Assembly: GCA_039798785.1 (NCBI GenBank)
Contig: JBDKFG010000088.1
Span: forward strand, 1 to 16,142
Reading direction: 5' to 3'
Length of the DNA stretch: 16,142 nucleotides
Source: Verrucomicrobiota bacterium
GTDB taxonomy: Bacteria; Verrucomicrobiota; Lentisphaeria; Lentisphaerales; Lentisphaeraceae
Shown here one piece after another: positions 8,238 to 16,142 of the stretch. Position numbers and translations under genes: made by a program. The first letter of the stretch is position 1; each line of letters opens with the position of its first letter. Below the pieces are notes generated by a model. The model did no database searches. It was given only the letters and a program-made list of their open reading frames with translations, and had not been told where the DNA came from.

Positions 8238-9998
8238 ATGTTTAACATGATCAAACCAGCATTCTTGTCAATCGGTCTCATTTCTAGCACCATGCATCCG
8301 GTGGCTTCTGCCGCCCCTGTTACCCCTGTTAGTGAAGACTCCCAAGAGAGTCACCAGGCTCGGATGAAATGGTGGAATGAAGCGCGCTTCGGCATGTTCA
8401 TCCATTTCGGTCTTTACAGCGTCCACGGAGGAGTTTGGAATGGCAAGAAGACGAACTTCTACGCGGAGTGGATACAAGCCACTTTTGATATCAAACTCGA
8501 AGACTATGTCCATCTTTCAAAAAAATTTAACCCGAACGAATTCAATGCCGATGATATCGTCCTCACCGCCAAGAAGGCGGGCATGAAATATCTCGTCATC
8601 ACGACCAAACACCATGACGGGTTCTGCCTCTGGCCAACTCAGCAACAGACGGATTGGAACATCACAGCCACTCCATTCAAACGAGACCTCATTGGGGAAC
8701 TCGCCGCAGCCTGCAAGAAACACGGCATCCGCTTCGGCACCTATTATTCCATCAGCGACTGGCACCACCCCTCGCAATACATCCACCGCGACGCCAAAGG
8801 CCGAGCCACCGAAGACTCGTATTTCCAAACGCGCATGCATGAAGGTCGCAAAGCCGAATACTTGGCTTACATGAAAGCGCAGATCGCGGAATTGATAAAG
8901 AACTATGATACCGACATCATCTGGTTTGATGCCGACTGGGTCGGCTGGTGGACGCTTGAAGAAGGTCAAGAGCTGTACCGCTACATCCGCTCTCTCAAGC
9001 CATCTATCATCATCAATAATAGGGTTGCAAAACGCAATAAGTTCAAATTCGATTTTGGAACACCCGAAAACGAAACTCCAGAATCCACCCTTGATCATGC
9101 GTGGGAAGCCTGTTGGACAATGAATAACTCCTGGGGATACAAGAGTCATGACAATTCTTGGAAGTCCAGTCAGGAACTCGTCCGGAAACTCGTCGATATT
9201 TCCTCCAAAGGAGGCAACCTACTGCTTAATGTCGGCCCGCGTGGCGACGGCTTGATCCCTGGGCCCAGCGTCGAAAGACTCGCGGATCTCGGCAAATGGA
9301 TGGAACGTAACGGCGAATCGATCTACGGGACGGCCGCCAGCCCCTTCGGCAAGCTGCGCTGGGGGCGCTGCACCGCCCGCAACAGCCCAAGCGGCGCGAC
9401 TCTCTATCTGCATGTCTTCGACTGGCCGAAGGACGGCAAGCTGGTCCTCCCGGGGCTCAAGAATGCCGTGCTTTCCGCCCAACTTCTGGGCAAAGACGGG
9501 AACCTGACCTTCGACAAGCAGGGCTCGCTGGTTCTCCTGCAAGTTCCCGACCAGGCGCCCGACCCCACCCTGTCCGTGATCAAACTGGAGATCCAGGGCA
9601 GCCCCGACATCGTTCCGATGCCTAGCTTACCTGGAAAACTCAGCGCCTCAAGCACTTGGTCGGCACCAGGCCATGAACCCTCAATGGCCGGCGATGGCAA
9701 ACTCTCCACCCGTTGGAGCGCAGCGGCAACGGCCAAGCAGGGACACCTCGAAATCGACCTTGAGAACGAAACCAGTGTCGGGAACGCCTTCATCGTCGAA
9801 AACTACGCCCACCGCACTGAAGAGTTCGCTCTTGAGTATTGGCAGGACGGCCTTTGGAAGGAAGCCTGGCGCGGCACCAAGATCGCCGGCGAAAAATGGC
9901 TCTCTTTCCCCCCTGTCAAGGCCAAGAAATTCCGCCTGAACATCCTTAAAGCCAAGGACGTGCCTACGATCGAGGAGTTCTCCCTCTACGCCCACTGA
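8238..9998 (+). CDS. GH29 alpha-L-fucosidase with C-terminal F5/8 type C (CBM32-like) module
   Basis: GH29 motifs: WWNEARFGMFIHFG, ITTKHHDGFCLW, IIWFD (nucleophile), NNR, WEACWTMNNSWGY and GGNLLLNVGP. The C-terminus (ASSTW, AGDGKLSTRWS, LEIDL, FRLNI) is discoidin-like. ATG 8238 is preferred over GTG 8160 because of its AAAGGA RBS and signal peptide; ATG 8247 is also possible. Confidence 0.93.
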   Translation: MFNMIKPAFLSIGLISSTMHPVASAAPVTPVSEDSQESHQARMKWWNEARFGMFIHFGLYSVHGGVWNGKKTNFYAEWIQATFDIKLEDYVHLSKKFNPNEFNADDIVLTAKKAGMKYLVITTKHHDGFCLWPTQQQTDWNITATPFKRDLIGELAAACKKHGIRFGTYYSISDWHHPSQYIHRDAKGRATEDSYFQTRMHEGRKAEYLAYMKAQIAELIKNYDTDIIWFDADWVGWWTLEEGQELYRYIRSLKPSIIINNRVAKRNKFKFDFGTPENETPESTLDHAWEACWTMNNSWGYKSHDNSWKSSQELVRKLVDISSKGGNLLLNVGPRGDGLIPGPSVERLADLGKWMERNGESIYGTAASPFGKLRWGRCTARNSPSGATLYLHVFDWPKDGKLVLPGLKNAVLSAQLLGKDGNLTFDKQGSLVLLQVPDQAPDPTLSVIKLEIQGSPDIVPMPSLPGKLSASSTWSAPGHEPSMAGDGKLSTRWSAAATAKQGHLEIDLENETSVGNAFIVENYAHRTEEFALEYWQDGLWKEAWRGTKIAGEKWLSFPPVKAKKFRLNILKAKDVPTIEEFSLYAH

Positions 9999-9999
9999 T

Positions 10000-10014
10000 C
10001 TCCTGCGGCAGGAG
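10000..10014 (+). terminator. Short GC hairpin just after the fucosidase stop (weak terminator or mRNA-stabilising stem)
   Basis: CTCCTG-CGG-CAGGAG followed by CTCTTG, with no real U-tract. Confidence 0.25.
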
Positions 10015-10078
10015 CTCTTGGCCATCAAAAATCATTCCTAAGACCCTTATGACAACTAAAATTGAGGGGAGTTCATTT

Positions 10079-12976
10079 ATGAAAGTTTCAATTATCACTG
10101 TTTTTGTCTCTTTGGTGCTGGCCGCCAGCCAAGTGCTGGCGACCCCGGACGACCGCTACCGGCCGGAGGATGACTGGCTGGTGCGGCCGGCCGGGTTCAC
10201 CGCCAGGATAACCGAGGACAAGGCGGCGGGAATGCTCGTACTGGAGAACGGCCTGGTGCGCCGCAGTCTCAAGCTGGGTCCGAATGCCGCGACGGTGGCC
10301 TACGACAACCTGATGACCGGCGAAACTCTTCTGCGTGCCATCCGGCCGGAGGCGGAGATCACCCTCGACGGCATTAGCTATGCCGTCGGCGGGCTGACTG
10401 GTCAGGGCAACCAAGCCTTCCTACCGGCCGATCTCGGTGCGCTCAAGCCCGACCCGAGGGCGCTGCGCTACATCGGCCATGAGATCGGCGCGATCCAGAA
10501 GCGCTTGCAGTGGAAGCGGCTGCGTCCTGCCGCCACCGCCGGCGAGTGGCCGCCGAAGGGGCGGCACCTCCGCCTCGATTTCGCTATGCCTCCCAGCGGC
10601 GATCTTGGCGAATGGACCCTGCGCAGCCTCGACTCGCGACTCGGCCGTCCGGTGCTCGTCGAGGATGCCTTCGCCGAGCTCAAGGCCTGGTTGGTGCACC
10701 GTTCCCCCTCGCACCCCCGCTCCGCCTGCGACAACGAAGGCAAGCCGGGGGAGATCTACACCCTTGCCGACAGTGCATGTTTCATCGAGCGCACCCTACC
10801 CGCCGCCACCGCCTTGGTGGAGGCATCCTTTACCCTAGGCACCGATACCAGCACGAGCTACGGTCCCGGCCTGGTGCTGCTTTTCGGACAGGAAACGGTG
10901 AAATTCAACATCCGGCCCCGTGGCGGCGGCTACGACACCCAGACTATGTTCGGCGCCTGGGCCGCCGGCAAGGAACAGTCTAGCTTCGGCGGCCGCCAGA
11001 AACTTGATCCCAGTGGCACCTGGCGGCTCCGCATGCGGCTTGAGGGCAAAGAGGTGATCTGCGAGGCCCGCCGCAACGAAGCCCACTGGACCCTCGTTGG
11101 CCGCCTGCCCCGACCGTCCGGCAAGCTCAGCGGCGTCCGTCTCGGCAAGTCCGACGTCGCCGGAGGCAAGTCCGACGCTGCCAAACTTGTGGCAGGCGAC
11201 GAGCCGGTCCGGCTCAAGCTCGAATCTTTCCTTGCCTGCGGCGCCCTCGATGCCGCTGGTCTGGAGGCGTCCCAAGCCGCACTCGACCGCCATGCCCACC
11301 TCAAGGTGAGCGTCCACTACGAGATCTACGATGGCCTGCCGCTGATCGCCAAATGGCTGAGCTTCGACAACGGCGGAGCGGCATCGCTGCGACTTGATGC
11401 TTTCAGTTCGGAGATCCTAGCTCTAGCCGAGGCGGAGTCGTTCGACTCCCGCCAACCCGCCAGCCGCGCCCGCGCCGAAGTCGCCCGCGTCCTGCCGCCC
11501 CTTTACGTCGAGACTGATTACGCCATGGGCGCGATGGACGGCAAAACAGCCAGCGCCTGGTCGATCCAGTGGGGCGTCGATCCGACCTTCCACACGCAGT
11601 TCAACTACATGCGCCAGACTCCATGCCTGCTTCGCGTCTCGCCCCGTATCGGCCCGGCGCGCGTCCTGCCTCCCGGCGGCCGCTTTGCCACCTTACGAGC
11701 CTATGAACTGATGCAGGACTCTGCAGAGCGCGAACGCCAGGGGCTGGCGCAGCGTCGCATGTACCGCGTGCTCGCCCCCTGGAGCCAGGAGAACCCGCTG
11801 ATGATGCACTGCACCTTCTCACAGCCGGATAAGGTCAAGTCAGCGATCGACCAGGCCGCCGAGTGCGGGTTCGAGATGATCATCCTCTCCTTCGGCTCCG
11901 GCTTCGAGGTCGCCACCGACGATCCCAAGCGCCTCGCTCTGGCCAAGGAGCTTGCCGCCTACGCCCGGTCCAGGGGACTCGAAATTGGCGGCTACACCCT
12001 GCTCTCTTCCCGCAACATTGGCGGCGGACAGGACAACGTTGCCCCACCCGACCTTCCCGAAGCGCACGGCAACAGCCCCAGCCTCACTTCGCCCTGGGGC
12101 CAATCCTACCTCACTCAGCTGCGTGCCTTCTACCGCGACAGCGGCTTCACCTTGCTCGAAAACGACGGCCCCTACCCCGGTGACTTCGACACCAAGGCCC
12201 GCCCGCCGCTGCAGCAAGGCTTCGCCGACTCGCAGTATGTGCAGTGGGAGGAAGCCAGCCGGCTCTACGCCGACCTGCGAGCCCAGGGGATCTACATCAA
12301 CCAGCCGGACTGGTACTTCCTCAGCGGTGGCAGCAAGACCGGCATGGGCTACCGCGAAGACAACTGGTCTCTGCCTCGCGCTGAACAACGCCTGCATACC
12401 CGCCAGAATATATATGATGGCACCTGGGAGAAGACGCCCTCAATGGGCTGGATGTTCGTACCCCTCACCCAGTACCATGGCGGCGGCTCAGCGGCAACCA
12501 TCGAACCGCTCAAAGATAACCTCGCCCACTACGAGCTGATGCTCGCCTCCAACCTCCTCCTGGGCGTCCAGGCCTGCTACCGCGGCCCTCGCCTCTACGA
12601 TGGCGCCGAGGCACGCACCGCAGTAAAAAAATGGGTGGCTCTCTATAAGAAGCACCGCGCTATCCTTGAGAGTGACCTCATCCACCTGCGCCGCGCCGAC
12701 GGCCGCGATCTCGATTACATGCTTCACGTCAACCCCGATCTACCGACCAAGGGCTTCCTCGCCGTCTTCAACCCGACGGAGGGCGAGCTGGAACGCGATA
12801 TACTCGTGCCGCTGCACTACGCCGGCCTCTCCGGCCAGGCCGCCGCAAGGATCAACGATGGAGAAGCTCAGACGCTCCTCCTCGATCCCCGCCAGCGACT
12901 GCGCTTGAAGATCAAGGTTCCGGCCCAAGGCGTCGTCTGGGTCACTTTCGAGGCCGCTGCACCCGAGCAGCACTGA
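10079..12976 (+). CDS. Exported alpha-galactosidase-like glycoside hydrolase (GH36-related fold, family uncertain)
   Basis: GAGGGGAG RBS before ATG 10079 and a signal peptide ending VLA-TP. The N-terminal beta region has LENGLVRR and VSVHYEIYDG. The C-terminal barrel has ENPLMMH, GFEMIILSFGSG, ENDGPYPGD, MGYREDNWSLPR and GWMFVPLTQYHGGG. I recognise these blocks from proteins usually annotated 'alpha-galactosidase' or hypothetical; the family assignment is inference. Confidence 0.7.
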   Translation: MKVSIITVFVSLVLAASQVLATPDDRYRPEDDWLVRPAGFTARITEDKAAGMLVLENGLVRRSLKLGPNAATVAYDNLMTGETLLRAIRPEAEITLDGISYAVGGLTGQGNQAFLPADLGALKPDPRALRYIGHEIGAIQKRLQWKRLRPAATAGEWPPKGRHLRLDFAMPPSGDLGEWTLRSLDSRLGRPVLVEDAFAELKAWLVHRSPSHPRSACDNEGKPGEIYTLADSACFIERTLPAATALVEASFTLGTDTSTSYGPGLVLLFGQETVKFNIRPRGGGYDTQTMFGAWAAGKEQSSFGGRQKLDPSGTWRLRMRLEGKEVICEARRNEAHWTLVGRLPRPSGKLSGVRLGKSDVAGGKSDAAKLVAGDEPVRLKLESFLACGALDAAGLEASQAALDRHAHLKVSVHYEIYDGLPLIAKWLSFDNGGAASLRLDAFSSEILALAEAESFDSRQPASRARAEVARVLPPLYVETDYAMGAMDGKTASAWSIQWGVDPTFHTQFNYMRQTPCLLRVSPRIGPARVLPPGGRFATLRAYELMQDSAERERQGLAQRRMYRVLAPWSQENPLMMHCTFSQPDKVKSAIDQAAECGFEMIILSFGSGFEVATDDPKRLALAKELAAYARSRGLEIGGYTLLSSRNIGGGQDNVAPPDLPEAHGNSPSLTSPWGQSYLTQLRAFYRDSGFTLLENDGPYPGDFDTKARPPLQQGFADSQYVQWEEASRLYADLRAQGIYINQPDWYFLSGGSKTGMGYREDNWSLPRAEQRLHTRQNIYDGTWEKTPSMGWMFVPLTQYHGGGSAATIEPLKDNLAHYELMLASNLLLGVQACYRGPRLYDGAEARTAVKKWVALYKKHRAILESDLIHLRRADGRDLDYMLHVNPDLPTKGFLAVFNPTEGELERDILVPLHYAGLSGQAAARINDGEAQTLLLDPRQRLRLKIKVPAQGVVWVTFEAAAPEQH

Positions 12977-13079
12977 TCACCGGCCGGAAAAGACCCATAG
13001 CAGTCCTAGACTCGTTCCCCGCCCTGCCTAGCTGCCGTGTTTAGTGCCGTTTTTCAATAAATAACTCTAGGAGCCTCCG

Positions 13080-14516
13080 ATGGTTTTAAAAAGCTTTAAG
13101 TTGTCTTTACCCCTACTGCTTGCGGCCTGCGCCAGCCACCCTGCCGCGACGGAACCTCGGTGCCCGATGGTTGCAGCAGAGACCTTTGCGAATCAAGTCC
13201 TTCGGCGGCCAAACATACTATGGCTGATCGCAGAGGACCTCGGTCCCCAGCTTGGTGTTTATGGCACAAAACAGGTGTCCACGCCAAACCTTGACCGCTT
13301 GGCTGGCGAAGGCATGCGCTACACCCACATGTACAATGGCAACGTCTGCTCGCCAAGCCGTTCGGCATTCATGACTGGGATGTACGCTACAAGCATCAAC
13401 GCCCATAACCACCGTTCCCATCGTGACGATGGCTATAGATTGCCTGTCGGCGTCCGTGTCTTGACGGATTGTCTTCGCCCGCATGGATATTTCACTGCGA
13501 ACATAACCAAACTACCTGACGCCTGCGGTTTCAAGGGGACTGGGAAAACCGACTGGAATTTCCAGTATGACGGGAAGCCTTTCGACAGCAGCTCATGGAG
13601 CGACTTGAAAGGACATCAACCTTTCTACGCGCAAATCAACTTCTGGGAGACCCACCGTGATTTCCATGGTCCCAAGCATGCCGATCCCGACAAGGTTGAA
13701 ATACCTCCATACTATCCTGACCACCCAGTGACGCGCAAGGATTGGGCAGCCTATCTTGACGACATCACCGAGCTCGATAGAAAGGTAGGACTGGTTCTGA
13801 GGCAGTTGGAGATCGAGGGCATGGCGGATAACACGATTGTGCTTTTCTTCGGCGACAATGGACAGGCGCACATCCGGGCTAAACAATTCTGCTATGAGGA
13901 AGGCTTCCATGTGCCTTTGATAATCAGATGGCCAAACGGAATAAAAGCCCCAGCATGGTTTAAGAGGGGTGCTGTCGACGACCGTCTGCTGGAGGGTATC
14001 GACCTTGCCCCCACGACCTTGGCGATGGCGCAGATCCCAATTCCACCCATCATGCAGGGGCAACCCATCTTCATGTCCAATAAGGAATATGTCTTTGGGG
14101 CCAGGGATCGTAGTGGTGTCACCGTGTTCCGGCTCCGTTCTGTCCGGGACAAACGCTACCGGTACATCCGTAACTTCACATCCGATCGTCCTTACATGTC
14201 CCCCAACAAATACAAAGAGAAGCAATATCCTGTATGGAATTTATTGAAGGAATTGAACGCCAAGGGGCAACTCACCCCCGCCCAGTCTGCATTCTGCGCC
14301 CCGACCATGCCTCCCGAGGAGCTTTATGATTTGTTTGAGGATCCACACCAGATGAAAAATCTCGTCGGCACGGCAGGACATCAGGAGATCATTCAGAAGA
14401 TGCGAAAAACTTTGGACAAGTGGATTGAAGAGACACATGACGCCGGTGTCAATCCGGAGCCACAAAATATCGCGGCGAACGCCGGAATGACAAAAACTAT
14501 TGATAAATCACATTAA
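13080..14516 (+). CDS. Formylglycine-dependent S1 sulfatase (Cys-type; resembles the sulfamidase/SGSH-like group), probable lipoprotein
   Basis: AGGAG RBS at 13069-13073. Motifs: RPNILWLIAEDLG, CSPSRSAFMTG (CxPxR), FFGDNG, VPLIIRWP, DLAPT, RYIRN and EELYDL..DP. N-terminal lipobox LLLAA-C. Confidence 0.93.
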   Translation: MVLKSFKLSLPLLLAACASHPAATEPRCPMVAAETFANQVLRRPNILWLIAEDLGPQLGVYGTKQVSTPNLDRLAGEGMRYTHMYNGNVCSPSRSAFMTGMYATSINAHNHRSHRDDGYRLPVGVRVLTDCLRPHGYFTANITKLPDACGFKGTGKTDWNFQYDGKPFDSSSWSDLKGHQPFYAQINFWETHRDFHGPKHADPDKVEIPPYYPDHPVTRKDWAAYLDDITELDRKVGLVLRQLEIEGMADNTIVLFFGDNGQAHIRAKQFCYEEGFHVPLIIRWPNGIKAPAWFKRGAVDDRLLEGIDLAPTTLAMAQIPIPPIMQGQPIFMSNKEYVFGARDRSGVTVFRLRSVRDKRYRYIRNFTSDRPYMSPNKYKEKQYPVWNLLKELNAKGQLTPAQSAFCAPTMPPEELYDLFEDPHQMKNLVGTAGHQEIIQKMRKTLDKWIEETHDAGVNPEPQNIAANAGMTKTIDKSH

Positions 14517-14557
14517 ATTACAATTAAAAATCTATACAAATAAAATGGAAATAACAC

Positions 14558-15244
14558 ATGAAATACAATGTTTCCCTCGCTCTCGGCCTTTTATTTAACG
14601 CTGCCTTGCTTCACGCAAATACCCCGGACGCCACAGTCCCTCCCGAGCCGCCGATCGCCGCCAAAGCGATCGAGAAACCCACCGCGGAGGCGATGCGCTC
14701 TCTGGCGAAATCCATCTGCGACGGCGACAAGAAGGCTTTTGATGTCCTGTGCGCCACGGAAGCGAAACTTTATCGGGACAGGATGCCTGGACGTCGCCCA
14801 GTGATGCTAGCTGCGTATGATTTGCTGGGGCAGGAAGCCGCCAAGGGGAACGCGCTTGCCTTCGACACCTTGAAAAAAGCCATGAGTGTGAGCGGCTGCG
14901 CCTCTAGTGGCATGGTCATCGCCGCAGCGGGTGGTCGCAAGGAGGCGCTCGACATTCTCCATAAAGAGGCAATCAACACTCTCCGCAAACATAATGAAGA
15001 TGGGCTTATCCTGTCGTCAGCCGTGGGTGAGTTGATCGCGCATGCCTCCAGCAACATCGAACCGGCGGTGGATTTTCTCATCAAGGTCCTTCGCGACCCT
15101 CGGACCATGCCGCTGCATCCGATGGCGTCCCAGGGCCTGAAGGGAGCGGCGCAGAAGGGAAATGCCAAAGCCAAGGCCGCGCTCGAAGATTACGCTCGTG
15201 CACAGGCTAAAGCCGGGACAAGCCCGCGATTCAAGTCACTTTGA
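14558..15244 (+). CDS. Exported Ala-rich alpha-helical (HEAT/Sel1-like) protein of unknown function; possibly the N-terminal part of a frameshifted fusion with the TlpA domain
   Basis: Signal peptide ending LHA-NT, a Pro-rich linker, and repeated helix-turn units (AAKGNALAFDTL, AAAGGRKEALDIL, AAQKGNAKAKAAL). Its reading frame is conserved in the paralog at 15814, with several synonymous changes. Confidence 0.8.
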   Translation: MKYNVSLALGLLFNAALLHANTPDATVPPEPPIAAKAIEKPTAEAMRSLAKSICDGDKKAFDVLCATEAKLYRDRMPGRRPVMLAAYDLLGQEAAKGNALAFDTLKKAMSVSGCASSGMVIAAAGGRKEALDILHKEAINTLRKHNEDGLILSSAVGELIAHASSNIEPAVDFLIKVLRDPRTMPLHPMASQGLKGAAQKGNAKAKAALEDYARAQAKAGTSPRFKSL

Positions 15245-15693
15245 AAGTCGGTGATCTCGCCCCGAAGCTGAGTGTCGGCGAGTGGGTGCAAGGCGAGCCG
15301 GTTAAGGCATTCGAGAAAGACAAAGTCTACCTCGTCGAGTTCTGGGCGACCTGGTGCGGTCCATGTGTGGCCTCGATTCCGCATCTCAACGAGCTCCATG
15401 AAAAATACAAAGACAAAGGCCTGGTGGTCATCGGTCAAAACGTCCGGGAGAAGGATCCATCTCATGTCCAAGATGTTGTGGCGAAGGAAAGGAACAAGAT
15501 GAGCTACCACGTCGCTTTGGACGATGTCAGCAAATCCAACCGGGGTGCGATGTTCGAGACCTGGATGCTAGCCGCTGGCAAAAGCGGCATCCCCTCGACT
15601 TTCCTCGTCGGCAAGGACGGCAGGATCGCATGGATTGGCCACCCGATGGGACTCGCAGAATCCATTATCGAGGAGGCGCTATCCAAAAAATAA
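15241..15693 (+). CDS. TlpA/ResA-like thiol-disulfide oxidoreductase (thioredoxin fold)
   Basis: LKVGDLAP, YLVEFWATWCGPC (CxxC) and GIPSTFLVGKDGRIAWIGHP (cis-Pro loop). The TTG start is doubtful: there is no RBS and no signal peptide. Confidence 0.88.
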   Translation: MKVGDLAPKLSVGEWVQGEPVKAFEKDKVYLVEFWATWCGPCVASIPHLNELHEKYKDKGLVVIGQNVREKDPSHVQDVVAKERNKMSYHVALDDVSKSNRGAMFETWMLAAGKSGIPSTFLVGKDGRIAWIGHPMGLAESIIEEALSKK

Positions 15694-15799
15694 ACCTGCA
15701 AACACAAGTGAAATACGAATAATAAAAACCAAAAGAGGAGGCGCTATCCAAAAAATAAACCTGCAAACACAAGTGAAATACGAATAATAAAAACCAAAA
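15670..15799 (+). repeat. Perfect 65-bp tandem duplication (2 copies)
   Basis: GAGGAGGCGCTATCCAAAAAATAAACCTGCAAACACAAGTGAAATACGAATAATAAAAACCAAAA occurs at 15670-15734 and 15735-15799. Confidence 0.97.
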
Positions 15800-15813
15800 A
15801 AGGATTCATGCAT

Positions 15814-16142
15814 ATGAAATACAATCTTTCCCTCGCCCTCGGCCTTTTGTTTAACGCTGCATGGCTTCACGCAAATACCCCAGACGCCACAGTCCCTCCC
15901 GAGCCACCGATCGCCGCCAAAGCGATCGAGAAACCCACCCCGGAGGCGATGCGGGCACTGGCGAAATCCATCTGCGACGGCGACAAGAAGGCTTTTGATG
16001 TCCTGTGCGCCACGGCAACGGAGCTTTATCGCGACATTGATATCGACAATGAACCTGAACGTAATCAAAACAACTACAAATTGATGCGAGCTGCGTTTGA
16101 TCTGCTGGGGCAGGAAGCCGCCAAGGGGAAGGCTCTTGCCTT
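15814..16142 (+). CDS. Partial CDS (runs off the window): paralog of the 14558 exported helical protein
   Basis: AAGGA RBS at 15800-15804. The frame is open to the window end: MKYNLSLALGLLFNAAWLHANTPDATVPPEPPIAAKAIEKPTPEAMRALAKSICDGDKKAFDVLCATATELYRDIDIDNEPERNQNNYKLMRAAFDLLGQEAAKGKALA. There are 11 mismatches over the first 201 nt versus 14558-14758 (manual count). Confidence 0.9.
   Translation, partial: MKYNLSLALGLLFNAAWLHANTPDATVPPEPPIAAKAIEKPTPEAMRALAKSICDGDKKAFDVLCATATELYRDIDIDNEPERNQNNYKLMRAAFDLLGQEAAKGKALA

Noticed and set aside
14517..14557. Very AT-rich spacer as a promoter or terminator
   Set aside because: It is only 41 bp, with no hairpin and no convincing -35/-10 pair.
15670..15799. 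CRISPR array
   Set aside because: There are only two directly abutting 65-bp units with no spacers, they include coding sequence, and no cas genes are present.
15679..16068. 129-aa minus-strand ORF
   Set aside because: It is the antisense shadow of the + strand paralog at 15814. Its hydrophobic tail comes from the A-rich duplicated spacer.
14558..16142. Diversity-generating retroelement template/variable repeat pair (suggested by the AAC/AAT-rich loop in copy B and the nearby retroelement)
   Set aside because: Mismatches are not adenine-specific (e.g. G/C and T/C), the loops differ by 24 nt in length, and both copies are 5' ends of genes with signal peptides. No DGR RT is in the window.

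Overview
GC-rich bacterial DNA, most plausibly a PVC-superphylum-type glycan degrader (inference from gene style; not verifiable here). Bases 1-94 are the 5' end of a minus-strand group II intron that continues off the left edge. All credible genes are on the + strand. Five form a cluster of exported glycan-degrading enzymes: (1) a ~1700-aa multimodular protein with a GH36/GH27-like alpha-galactosidase, FN3-like and NPCBM/CBM51 modules, an atypical GH29 domain lacking the fucose-binding His pair, and an unassigned clan GH-A-like barrel; (2) a GH2 beta-glycosidase; (3) a canonical GH29 alpha-L-fucosidase with an F5/8C module; (4) an alpha-galactosidase-like protein of uncertain family; (5) a Cys-type S1 sulfatase with a lipobox. 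After them come an exported helical protein that appears to be joined to a TlpA-like thioredoxin by a -1 frameshift, a perfect 65-bp tandem duplication, and a close paralog of the helical protein with a different central loop. This paralog is missing from the ORF track because it runs off the right edge.
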